Source of the DNA: Candidatus Nanopusillus acidilobi
GTDB lineage: Archaea; Nanobdellota; Nanobdellia; Nanobdellales; Nanobdellaceae
Length of the DNA stretch: 32,000 bases
Assembly (NCBI GenBank): GCA_001552015.1
Contig: CP010514.1
Span: forward strand, 573,888 to 605,887
Direction: 5' to 3'
In this document: positions 1 to 8,426 of the stretch, piece after piece
Position numbering within the stretch: position 1 is the first letter of the stretch
Layout: each line of letters opens with the position of its first letter
The notes under the pieces: model-generated
Databases searched by the model: none
The model's input: the letters and a program-made list of their open reading frames with translations, nothing else
What the model was told of the DNA's origin: nothing
Translations under genes and position numbers: made by a program

Positions 1-1
1 A

Positions 2-322
2 GTAAAATTAGAAAATTTATTAAATGAATTAGATAGATTAATTATTGAATATGACAAAGAATTGAAAGAAAGAGCAAGAAAATATTTTGAGAATAAAATA
101 TTAAAATTAGATAATTTAAAAGATCTAGAAAATAATTTAGATAAAAATGTAGCATTTAAAGTTCCTTTCTGTATGAGAGAAGAATGCGCAAAAAATATTA
201 AAGAAAAATATTCATTAGAAGTAAGAGGAACTGATATTATACCAGAAGATTCGAAAAATAAAAAATGTATATTTTGTAATAATGATGCAAAATATTATGT
301 ATATATAGGAAAAAGCTATTAG
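2..322 (+). CDS. proS: Prolyl-tRNA synthetase, C-terminal end (partial, runs off the left edge)
   Basis: The frame is open from base 2. The tail ...VPFCMREECAKNIKEKYSLEVRGTDIIPEDSKNKKCIFCNNDAKYYVYIGKSY has the Cys-rich C-terminal Zn domain and the terminal Tyr typical of archaeal/eukaryotic-type ProRS. Confidence 0.85.
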   Translation, partial: VKLENLLNELDRLIIEYDKELKERARKYFENKILKLDNLKDLENNLDKNVAFKVPFCMREECAKNIKEKYSLEVRGTDIIPEDSKNKKCIFCNNDAKYYVYIGKSY

Positions 323-323
323 T

Positions 324-554
324 GTGGCCGTAGGCTGCTTTTAGTATATATTCTTCTAAGCGGACAAGCCTTGTACCGCCAGGACATACTTCTCAAGGTG
401 CATATACCCTCTCCAAGTTTACCCGGAGTTGCCTCCAGGTATTAACCATTCATCTTCATCGGATATATGTCCGTGATTTCTAGTTATGTAGCCAGGGGTT
501 TCCCCCTCCAATTCCTCGGTGGCTTTATCGGTAAGCAGACCTTCCTACGGCCAC
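324..554 (-). ncRNA. 231-nt G+C-rich structured RNA; candidate strongly reduced RNase P RNA (class uncertain)
   Basis: An 11-bp terminal helix (GUGGCCGUAGG / CCUACGGCCAC) is extended by CUGCUU/AAGCAG. Two GNRA-tetraloop hairpins exist only on the minus strand: GGGG-GAAA-CCCC (loop at 499-502) and CCUGGAG-GCAA-CUCCGGG (loop at 429-432). Minus-strand motifs are GAGGAA (517-512), AGAUGAAUG (455-447) and AA-CUCCGG. G+C is far above the flanking sequence, and T-tracts flank the element. Confidence 0.7.
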
Positions 555-737
555 TTTTCTTTTTTATATATTTCTTATAACTATATAAATTATGCCTGAC
601 CAAATGCCTCTATTTACATACCTTGGATTATATAAGTTTGGAAAGGAAAAATCAAAAATAAAATTAAATAGAAATAAAATAATAATATTTATAATTATTT
701 TCGCGGCTCTAGTATATATTGCAAATATTTATATATC

Positions 738-1190
738 ATGTCTAATTTAGAAGAAGATTTAGAATATAATAGAAGATATAAGGAAGTCTTACATATATTT
801 AATGTTTCATTAAAAAATAATAAAGGATTAGAGACTGTTAGAAGTTTTATAAAAGCAGTTATTGAATATTATGATTATGCAATTGAATTATATTTTAAGA
901 AATTATATGAAAATAAAATGATTGATGAAATTCCAGACAGTCCAATTAAAAGATATAGAAAAATAATTGAAATTACAAAGGATAAAGAACTTGAAGAATC
1001 ATTAAAATATTATAAACTATTAAAAATTGCTTTAAATTCTGATGCAAGGATAATGAATGAATATAGAAAAAGTATGGTTATAAAATTTAGGACATTGAGC
1101 GGGGAAGAATTTGAAATAAATATAAAAACATTAAAAGATATTGCAGAATCTGTTAAAAAATTTTCTACAATTATTAGTAAATATATATAA
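738..1190 (+). CDS. Hypothetical helical protein, translationally coupled to the downstream MinD/ParA-like ATPase
   Basis: 150-aa ORF with host-like codon usage. Its stop overlaps the next ATG (TAATG at 1188-1192). I recognise no family motif. Confidence 0.6.
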   Translation: MSNLEEDLEYNRRYKEVLHIFNVSLKNNKGLETVRSFIKAVIEYYDYAIELYFKKLYENKMIDEIPDSPIKRYRKIIEITKDKELEESLKYYKLLKIALNSDARIMNEYRKSMVIKFRTLSGEEFEINIKTLKDIAESVKKFSTIISKYI

Positions 1191-1945
1191 TGGCAAAGGT
1201 ATATACAATATCTTCTGGAAAAGGAGGTGTGGGAAAAACTTTCTTTTCTATAAACTTATCAAGAGCTCTCTCATTATTAAATTTTAAAACATTGTTAATT
1301 GATTTTAACTTAAGTACACCAAATGTATCAATAAATCTTGGATTAGGTAATGAAAATAACAATATACATAAATTTTTAAGAGGAGAAATTGATATAAAAG
1401 ACTGTATAAAGGAATATAAAGAAAATTTTTATATAATTCCTGGAAGTTTAGATATAAAAGATCTAATATATATTTCTACAGAAAAATTACATAATGGAAT
1501 AATGGAAATATATGATGATTTTGATTATATTATTATAGATTCTGCTGCTGGAATTGGTAAAGAAGCAGTAGAAGCATTAAAGGCTTCTGAAGAGGCAATA
1601 GTAATAACAAATGTTGAAAAATCATCATTAATAGATGCATATAGAGTTACAAAAGTATTAGATAGCTTGGATATAAAAACTTTTGGAATTGTTTTAAATA
1701 AAGTTAGAAGAAGAATAAATTATGTAAGAATTGAAAGATTTTTTAAAAAGCAAATAATCGGTATAATTCATTATGATGAAAATGTACAAATTTCAATGGA
1801 CAATGGTATACCTTTAATAGATTATGATATAAATTCTATAGCTTCTAAAGATATAATAGAAATTGTAGAAAAAATGACTGGAAAAGAATTAAAAGTTAAA
1901 AATAGATTTATAGACAATATATTAAAAATATTCGGATGGAAATAG
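1190..1945 (+). CDS. MinD/ParA-family P-loop ATPase (archaeal MinD-like)
   Basis: Deviant Walker A SGKGGVGKT near the N-terminus and a Walker B-like IIIDSAAG. The length of about 250 aa is typical of the family. Confidence 0.85.
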   Translation: MAKVYTISSGKGGVGKTFFSINLSRALSLLNFKTLLIDFNLSTPNVSINLGLGNENNNIHKFLRGEIDIKDCIKEYKENFYIIPGSLDIKDLIYISTEKLHNGIMEIYDDFDYIIIDSAAGIGKEAVEALKASEEAIVITNVEKSSLIDAYRVTKVLDSLDIKTFGIVLNKVRRRINYVRIERFFKKQIIGIIHYDENVQISMDNGIPLIDYDINSIASKDIIEIVEKMTGKELKVKNRFIDNILKIFGWK

Positions 1946-2208
1946 ATTTTGAATTAGATAAAATATTTGAAACATTGGATAGAAAAAAATATAAAAAAAT
2001 ATTATTGCAATTTCCTGATGGATTAAAACCATATTCTAAAGAAATATACGATAAAATAAAGGAAAAATATAAAGATATAGAAATATATATTTGGTTTGGA
2101 TCTGATTTCGGTGGATGTGATATACCAATATATTTAGATAAATATGGATTTGATTTAATAATTCATTTTGGCCATTCAAAATTTTATAAATTAAAATTGG
2201 ATGAATAA
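1936..2208 (+). CDS. dph2: Diphthamide synthase Dph2, N-terminal fragment only (90 aa)
   Basis: ILLQFPDGLK...GSDFGGCDIP...DLIIHFGHS aligns with the first ~85 residues of archaeal Dph2 (VLIQSPEGL...YGACD...ALIHLGHS). The ORF then stops, and there is no room downstream for the remaining ~240 aa. Confidence 0.75.
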   Translation: MEIDFELDKIFETLDRKKYKKILLQFPDGLKPYSKEIYDKIKEKYKDIEIYIWFGSDFGGCDIPIYLDKYGFDLIIHFGHSKFYKLKLDE

Positions 2209-2437
2209 TAACTTACTTTTAATTTTATCAATTATTTTTCTATTTATTTCAATAATTTTATTACTTATTTTCTCATTATCCAATTCTTCTAATACAAAAT
2301 TTGCTGGATTAATATTAATAGGTCCAATACCAATATTAATATCAAATTCTTATCAACTATCAATTATATTATTAATTATTTTATTGATTATTATTTTGAT
2401 TATTCTTATTATCTTCTTCTACAAGATAATCATATAA
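2201..2437 (+). CDS. Small two-TM membrane protein, DUF131/TIGR00304-like
   Basis: Two hydrophobic segments flank AGLILIGPIPIL, which resembles the IGPIPI signature I recall for the archaeal DUF131 family. The 3' end overlaps the convergent HAD gene by 57 nt and is low complexity. Confidence 0.45.
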   Translation: MNNNLLLILSIIFLFISIILLLIFSLSNSSNTKFAGLILIGPIPILISNSYQLSIILLIILLIIILIILIIFFYKIII

Positions 2438-3070
2438 TTCCTTTAAATTTCTAAATACCATTGTAGCACCAGCAGAAATCAATTCTCTCTTTTTATTTAC
2501 ACCACTAGCAACACCTATTACATTTATTCCAGCTCTCTTTGCAGCAATAATACCATATATAGAATCTTCTATTGCTAATATTTCATTTGGTAATAGAGAA
2601 AATCCTTTTACTATTTTAATATAACCCTCTGGGTCTGGTTTTGGTTGTTTTACATCATCAGAAGTTATTATAACATCAAATAAATTATCTACATGTAAAT
2701 GCTTTAATACCTCCATTGTTAATCTTCTAGTATTTGAAGTAAAAATTGCTATTTTATATTTTTTATCCTTAAAATAATTTAATATTTGTTTTGCCCCGGG
2801 ATTAAATTTTATTTTTTCTATATATTCATTTAACAACATATTTTCAAATTCTTTCCTTATATCTTCAATTGATATATTTAAATTATATTTCCTTATTATA
2901 TTATATATTATATCTTCTATAGGCATTCCAGAATTATCTAAAGAACCTTCTATCTTTACATTATATCTTTCTAATATCTTTTTATGGACCTCATCATAAA
3001 CTTTTAAGCTATTTATAAGTGTCCCATCCAGATCAAGTATTACTCCCTTTAAATTGTAAAATATGACCAT
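2381..3070 (-). CDS. HAD-superfamily hydrolase (phosphatase / beta-phosphoglucomutase-like subfamily IA)
   Basis: Motif I is ILDLDGTLINS, motif II is FTSN, and the C-terminal acidic motif is EDSIYGIIAAKRAG. Confidence 0.85.
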   Translation of the reverse strand: MVIFYNLKGVILDLDGTLINSLKVYDEVHKKILERYNVKIEGSLDNSGMPIEDIIYNIIRKYNLNISIEDIRKEFENMLLNEYIEKIKFNPGAKQILNYFKDKKYKIAIFTSNTRRLTMEVLKHLHVDNLFDVIITSDDVKQPKPDPEGYIKIVKGFSLLPNEILAIEDSIYGIIAAKRAGINVIGVASGVNKKRELISAGATMVFRNLKELYDYLVEEDNKNNQNNNQ

Positions 3071-3108
3071 AATTATAATATTTTAAAGAAAGATATAAAA
3101 TAATTAAT

Positions 3109-4149
3109 ATGATCAAAATAAGAGAACAGATAAAGGATATAATAATTAATAATTATATTAAAGAAGGTAAAGATCCATTTGATTCTATAATTGGACAAGA
3201 AAATGCAAAGAGACAAATATTATCTTCATTAATTTCTGGAAGAAATATATTAATAATAGGGCCTCCAGGTACTGGAAAAACAACTTTAGCAAAAAATATA
3301 GCAAAATTACTACCAGAAATTGATTTTCCAGATGGAATTCCATTATGGGCTTATGAAGAATTTCCTTTTGTATCTGAAGAATATAGAAAAAAATGGAAAG
3401 AAGGTCCTTTTATAAAAATAAAGGGAGAAGATAGATTTATTAGAATACAGGGTTCTTATGATCTATCTGTAGAAGATCTGATTGGAGATATTGATCCTTC
3501 AAAAGCATTAAAATATGGTATACATTCTTTAGAATCTTTTATACCTGGAAAAATATTTAGAGCACACCATGGTGTATTATTTTTTGATGAAATAAATAGA
3601 GCACCTCCAAAGGTTCAAAATAGTTTATTAGAATTATTAGAAGAAAAGAAAATAACAATTGGGACATATGAATTTCAAATACCATTAGATATAATATTTA
3701 TTGCTACAATGAATCCTGAAAGTTATTACGGAACTGAAAAAATATCAGATGTATTATTAGATAGATTTGATATAATAAATTTAGATTATCCAAAAGATAT
3801 TGAAGAAGAAAAGAAGATTATATTAAAATATGGAAAAAATTTGAATGTTAATTTTCCTGAAAAATTATTGGAATTAACAATTGAATTTATACAAAAATTG
3901 AGAAAAGATGATAAATTAGAAAAGAAACCATCGGTTAGGTCTTCAATTGGTATTTATGAAAAAGCTCAGGCTTTGGCAATAATAGATAAAAAAGAAAATG
4001 TTGAAATTCAACATATATTTGAGGCTTTACTATCAATATTACCACATAGGATAAGATTAAAACCATCATATAAAATGGAAATAAATGAAGAAGAATATAT
4101 AAAAAAGGAGTGGAATTCTTTTATAATAGGGAAAGACTTTCGGAGTTGA
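3109..4149 (+). CDS. AAA+ ATPase, Mg-chelatase ChlI / MoxR-like
   Basis: Walker A is GPPGTGKTT and Walker B is VLFFDEINRA. The sensor region is IFIATMNPE...LLDRFD. It is paired with a downstream VWA protein. Confidence 0.8.
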   Translation: MIKIREQIKDIIINNYIKEGKDPFDSIIGQENAKRQILSSLISGRNILIIGPPGTGKTTLAKNIAKLLPEIDFPDGIPLWAYEEFPFVSEEYRKKWKEGPFIKIKGEDRFIRIQGSYDLSVEDLIGDIDPSKALKYGIHSLESFIPGKIFRAHHGVLFFDEINRAPPKVQNSLLELLEEKKITIGTYEFQIPLDIIFIATMNPESYYGTEKISDVLLDRFDIINLDYPKDIEEEKKIILKYGKNLNVNFPEKLLELTIEFIQKLRKDDKLEKKPSVRSSIGIYEKAQALAIIDKKENVEIQHIFEALLSILPHRIRLKPSYKMEINEEEYIKKEWNSFIIGKDFRS

Positions 4150-4237
4150 TTCAGAAAATTTAATAAGAAGACCTGGAGAATCATTTAAATATAGTTCAAA
4201 GGAAATTAAGAAAAATATAAATGAATTAATTGAAAAA

Positions 4238-5221
4238 ATGATAAAAGAAGGATATCCAATATTTGATATAGATAAAATTATGGAAAATAAAAAAGAATAT
4301 TCTGAGATATTATCAAAGCTAACTGAATATGATGAAAAAAGAATAAGAGAGGATAAGGATTATAGATTTAATAAAGAATTTAAGAAATCATTGAATAAAT
4401 TAAAGGAAATATTAACTAGTGAAGGATATATAGATGAAAATGGAGAATTAACTGAGAAATCTTTAATTGAATATTCTAAATATTTAATAGGAAATATAGA
4501 AAAGGAAATCGAAGGGATATTTGAATATGGAAAATATTTATCAAATTATATTGGAAATGATGAGGAATTTTATAATAAATATTTTAGTATAGGAGATAAA
4601 TATAATAAAATTGATATAAAAGAAACAATAAGAAATTATATAAAGAATAAAGAAGTTACAAGATTTGTTGTTAATGTTAAAAGAGAAAATAAAGGTGGTA
4701 AATATATAATTCTATTAGATGTATCTGGAAGTATGATTGGGGAAAAAATATTTGAAGCAAAAAAAGCTTTAATATTATTAATATCAAAGATATTAGAAGA
4801 TAATAATCTTTTAGATATAATATTATTTAATGATAAGATTGTTAAAGAATATGATAATGTTAGAGGATTAAAGGATATAATAGATATATTAAAAATTATA
4901 CCAAATGGAAGCACAGATATTGCCTTAGCATTTAATTATTTATTAAATAAAGAAGAAAATGGACATATAATATTAATAACCGATGCATTACCAACAAAGG
5001 GAAAAAATCCTGTAGAAAGAACTTTAAAGTTAGCTAAAGAATTAAGCCAATATTATTATATATCAATAATTGGAATACAATTAAATGATGAAGGAGAAAA
5101 AATTGCAAAGGAAATAGTAAAATATGGAAGAGGAAGATTATTTATTTCTAAAGATATAAAAGATTTGAAAAAACTATTATTATTAGAATACGAAATATCT
5201 AGACAACAGATGATAAAATAA
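4238..5221 (+). CDS. von Willebrand factor A (VWA) domain protein, partner of the AAA+ ATPase
   Basis: MIDAS motif ILLDVSGSM plus downstream GSTDI and ILITDALP. The frame is already open from 4130 without an ATG. Confidence 0.8.
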   Translation: MIKEGYPIFDIDKIMENKKEYSEILSKLTEYDEKRIREDKDYRFNKEFKKSLNKLKEILTSEGYIDENGELTEKSLIEYSKYLIGNIEKEIEGIFEYGKYLSNYIGNDEEFYNKYFSIGDKYNKIDIKETIRNYIKNKEVTRFVVNVKRENKGGKYIILLDVSGSMIGEKIFEAKKALILLISKILEDNNLLDIILFNDKIVKEYDNVRGLKDIIDILKIIPNGSTDIALAFNYLLNKEENGHIILITDALPTKGKNPVERTLKLAKELSQYYYISIIGIQLNDEGEKIAKEIVKYGRGRLFISKDIKDLKKLLLLEYEISRQQMIK

Positions 5222-5756
5222 TTTCTTCAGGTTTATTTTCCCCTATATATTTCTTATATTTTCCTGATAATTTCTTTCTTGCAATATCTAGATAGAAACT
5301 TATTCTGTTTGTAAATTCTGGTTTATTGTAATATATTGATAAAATAATATCTTTATAGAATACTTGAGCAGCTCTTGTATATGGTTTTCCAAATGCATGT
5401 CTCATTCCTTGTGAAATTCTATCTGCACCTGCACCATATACCAATGCATGTTCTCTTACAACATGATGAGGGTATTTTCTTACAATAAATAAAAATTCTT
5501 TTACTTCATTTTCTAAATATTTTAATATATTGGTTCTTACAGCTTCTAAGGAATAATCAGATACCTGAACATTATGTAATGCAATTAAATGAGCAGCATA
5601 TTTCCATTGATCCTTTGGTATGTTTATCATTCCCATAATCTGCATCCTTAATTTTGGTACTGGAGCACCTGGAATTTTATTATATGATTTACTATATGAA
5701 AATCTTGTATATGGTCTTTCTATTTCCTTAAATATTCTCCAGGGTCTCTTTGCCAT
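5199..5756 (-). CDS. rpl10e: Ribosomal protein uL16 (L10e)
   Basis: MAKRPWRIFKEIERPYTR... and GAGADRISQGMRHAFGKPYTRAAQV match archaeal L10e. Confidence 0.93.
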   Translation of the reverse strand: MAKRPWRIFKEIERPYTRFSYSKSYNKIPGAPVPKLRMQIMGMINIPKDQWKYAAHLIALHNVQVSDYSLEAVRTNILKYLENEVKEFLFIVRKYPHHVVREHALVYGAGADRISQGMRHAFGKPYTRAAQVFYKDIILSIYYNKPEFTNRISFYLDIARKKLSGKYKKYIGENKPEEIILSSVV

Positions 5757-5757
5757 T

Positions 5758-6237
5758 TTATATCATTTTCTTTAATAATATATTTATATCTTTTCCATAG
5801 TACCCATATGCACCACCCTGACTATATGGAACTTTTATACCTCTTCTTGGATAACCCTTTGATGGAGTTTTTAGTCTAAATATATTTTTTATTTTTGGTA
5901 TTGAATCTAAATCTATTTCATTATTTAATAATTTTTCAACAAATGTATCAATATCCATATTTAATGTTTGCTTAATATAATCTTCAGTTAATCTTTTATT
6001 TCCTTCCAATCTTCCTCTCTTTAATAATAATTCCTTTAATGTTTCCTTATCTATTTCCCCCCATGCAACCCATGGTTCTACTTTTTTTATCATTCCTCTT
6101 ATATCTTTTGTATCCTTCATTATTACTGCATAATTATTTCTTCTTAATCTTAACAAATATAATGTATCTTTTATTTCTTTATTTGCCTTAACAGTTCCTT
6201 TTATCCTTACAATTGCTAATAATCCCATTTTATACAA
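5758..6237 (-). CDS. rpl30p: Ribosomal protein uL30
   Basis: LAIVRIKGTVKANKEIKDTLYLLRLRRNNYAVIM is the L30/L7 signature. It lies directly downstream of uS5. Confidence 0.9.
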   Translation of the reverse strand: MYKMGLLAIVRIKGTVKANKEIKDTLYLLRLRRNNYAVIMKDTKDIRGMIKKVEPWVAWGEIDKETLKELLLKRGRLEGNKRLTEDYIKQTLNMDIDTFVEKLLNNEIDLDSIPKIKNIFRLKTPSKGYPRRGIKVPYSQGGAYGYYGKDINILLKKMI

Positions 6238-6988
6238 ATCCTATCTTTAATCCTGAATATTTGGCATATTCCTCTTTAATTCTATATCCTACTGTTTTTC
6301 TTAATGCATTATAAACTGCCATTGCAAAATTATATCTTTTTCTAGTTTGTCCAAAAGATTTCATCCATAGATCTTTTATACCAGCTAATCTAAATATCTT
6401 TTTCATTTCTTCAGGTGCTACCAATCCAACTCCTCTTGGAGCTGGTAATAATACAACTCTTACAGAACCAAAAGATCCTTCAACTTTAAATGGTAAAGAA
6501 TGGGGAGTTTTAAATGCACATTCCCATGATCCACAACCTCTTGCAATCGGTATAATATTCAATTTTGCATTTCTTAACGCTTTTTCCATACATAAAGCAA
6601 TATCAGAAGACTTTCCAATCCCTACTCCAACATATCCATTTTCATTTCCAACAACAGCAACAGAAACCCATGATGTTTTATTACCTTCAGCAGTTTTTCT
6701 TTGAACCATTTTTACAAATTTTGGCCTTCTATATTTACCTTTAGACAATGATAATCTAATATATTCATATTTTAAATCTGGTATTAATGCATCTACAATT
6801 TCTGGTTCTAATATTTTATATCCATTTTTAAATACTTGCTCAATTGAATTTATTTTTCCTTCCTTTACCAATTTACCAAGATTTGTTTTTGGATTCCAAG
6901 ATTCTATATTAAACTTTTGCGATCCTATTTTTTCTAAAGCCTCCTGTTCCTTTTTTACTTCTTCAGCTTCTTTTTGTTCTTCTACCAT
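6230..6988 (-). CDS. rps5p: Ribosomal protein uS5
   Basis: The dsRBD and S5 C-terminal domain are present: VAVVGNENGYVGVGIGKS...ALRNAKLNIIPI. Confidence 0.95.
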   Translation of the reverse strand: MVEEQKEAEEVKKEQEALEKIGSQKFNIESWNPKTNLGKLVKEGKINSIEQVFKNGYKILEPEIVDALIPDLKYEYIRLSLSKGKYRRPKFVKMVQRKTAEGNKTSWVSVAVVGNENGYVGVGIGKSSDIALCMEKALRNAKLNIIPIARGCGSWECAFKTPHSLPFKVEGSFGSVRVVLLPAPRGVGLVAPEEMKKIFRLAGIKDLWMKSFGQTRKRYNFAMAVYNALRKTVGYRIKEEYAKYSGLKIGFV

Positions 6989-7146
6989 TTTCTTTTAAAT
7001 TTATATGACCATACATAGGCCCTTATTTTACTACTTCTTCCAAATCCACAATGTGAGCAATATCCCTTATCAGGATTATATGTTTTTCTACCACATCTTC
7101 TGCATATAACATGATTTACTTTGTTTGTACCACCCAATCTTGTCAT
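6982..7146 (-). CDS. rpl37e: Ribosomal protein eL37 (L37e), 54 aa, absent from the supplied ORF track
   Basis: My translation of the minus strand is MTRLGGTNKVNHVICRRCGRKTYNPDKGYCSHCGFGRSSKIRAYVWSYKFKRKW. The CxxC...CxxC zinc ribbon and ...K.R.Y.W match eL37. The stop overlaps the uS5 start (AAATGGTAG). Confidence 0.85.
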   Translation of the reverse strand: MTRLGGTNKVNHVICRRCGRKTYNPDKGYCSHCGFGRSSKIRAYVWSYKFKRKW

Positions 7147-7201
7147 TTAATGATAATATAAAGAAATATTTTTAAAGTAAATAAGGAAGTTAGAATAATC
7201 A

Positions 7202-8260
7202 ATGAATATAGATATATCAATAATAATACCAACATTAAATGAAAAAGAAAATATTAATGAATTAGTAAAAAGAATAAGAGAAAGCTTAAATGATATAAAT
7301 TATGAAATAATTTTTGTAGATGATGGATCAAAAGATGGAACAATTGAAGAAATAGAAAAATTAAAAAAGGAATATAAAAATATAAAACTTGTTGAAAGAG
7401 GATATAAAAAAGGTTTATCATCTGCTTTTTTAGATGGAGTAAAATATTCTAATGGAAAATATGTTGTATTAATGGATGCTGATCTACAACATCCTCCAGA
7501 ATTATTAAAAACAATGTATGAAAAGGCTTTGGAGAGTTATGATTTAGTTATTGCATCTAGATATATTAAAGGAGGAAAAATAGAGAATTGGAATATTTTA
7601 AGAGAATTTATATCAAAAACAGCAATATTTATTGCATATATTTTTCTACCAGAAACATTAAAAGTAAAGGATCCATTAAGTGGATATTTTTTAATAAAGA
7701 AAGATCTGTTAAATAATTTTAATGTTTCTGATCCATTTAGTTATAAGGTTCTATTAGATATATTAGTAAAAGTAAATTATAATAAATTAATAGAAATTCC
7801 ATATACATTTGAAGAAAGAAAACATGGAAAATCTAAATTGGGCAAAAAAGTAATTTTTTCATATTTAAAGCAGGTTTTCTTATTATTTAATATTTCTCAA
7901 TTTATAAAGTTCTATTTAGTAGGATTATCTGGAATTTTTATTAACCTATTAACTTTATACTTATTGATCTCTTATCTTCCATTTTATATTTCTTCTTTTT
8001 TAGCAATTTTAGTTTCAATTATATGGAATTTCATCCTAAATGATTTGTTTGTATTTAAAATTAAGAAGAAAAAACTTTGGAAAAGATTTTTATTATTTGT
8101 TGGAGGAAGAGGCTTATTATCAAAACCTGTTCAATATTTATCGGCCTTATTATTTTATTATGTATTTGAAATAAACTACTTGATATCACAACTTCTTGCA
8201 ATATTTATTGCTTCTATAATTAATTGGGTCTTTACAAAAGGTATTGTTTATGAAAAGTAA
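7202..8260 (+). CDS. Family-2 glycosyltransferase (dolichol/polyprenol-phosphate mannosyltransferase-like) fused to a GtrA-like membrane domain
   Basis: SIIIPTLNEKENI, VDDGSKDGT and DADLQHPP form the GT2/DPM1 core. The C-terminal ~120 aa has four hydrophobic helices of the GtrA type. Confidence 0.85.
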   Translation: MNIDISIIIPTLNEKENINELVKRIRESLNDINYEIIFVDDGSKDGTIEEIEKLKKEYKNIKLVERGYKKGLSSAFLDGVKYSNGKYVVLMDADLQHPPELLKTMYEKALESYDLVIASRYIKGGKIENWNILREFISKTAIFIAYIFLPETLKVKDPLSGYFLIKKDLLNNFNVSDPFSYKVLLDILVKVNYNKLIEIPYTFEERKHGKSKLGKKVIFSYLKQVFLLFNISQFIKFYLVGLSGIFINLLTLYLLISYLPFYISSFLAILVSIIWNFILNDLFVFKIKKKKLWKRFLLFVGGRGLLSKPVQYLSALLFYYVFEINYLISQLLAIFIASIINWVFTKGIVYEK

Positions 8261-8426
8261 ATTTATAAATTCCAGAGAGTAATATATAGGTTACTTTTAT
8301 GGAAAGATAAAAAGAGATTATAATACGCCTTTGAAAAATATAAACTTTACTTTAATTAAATTTTATAAATGGATTTTTAAGATTTATTTTATCATAATAA
8401 AAAATATTTATAATATTGATAACCTG

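Noticed and set aside
324-554. An alternative identity for the G+C-rich RNA as SRP (7S) RNA. The two GNAR-compatible tetraloops, GAAA and GCAA, could be helix 6 and helix 8.
   Set aside because: Neither hairpin has the helix-8 context (internal loops with AGCA after the tetraloop stem). The 5'/3' complementarity stops after ~17 bp instead of forming a long helix 5. The element is ~70 nt shorter than the archaeal SRP RNAs I recall. SRP RNA is not excluded, so cmsearch should decide.
592-750. A 52-aa ORF (MPDQMPLFTYLGLYKFGKEKSKIKLNRNKIIIFIIIFAALVYIANIYISCLI) with one predicted TM helix, between the structured RNA and the 150-aa ORF.
   Set aside because: It is short, overlaps the start of the next ORF, has no recognisable family, and lies where the promoter of the structured RNA and of the downstream operon should be. 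Support is insufficient.
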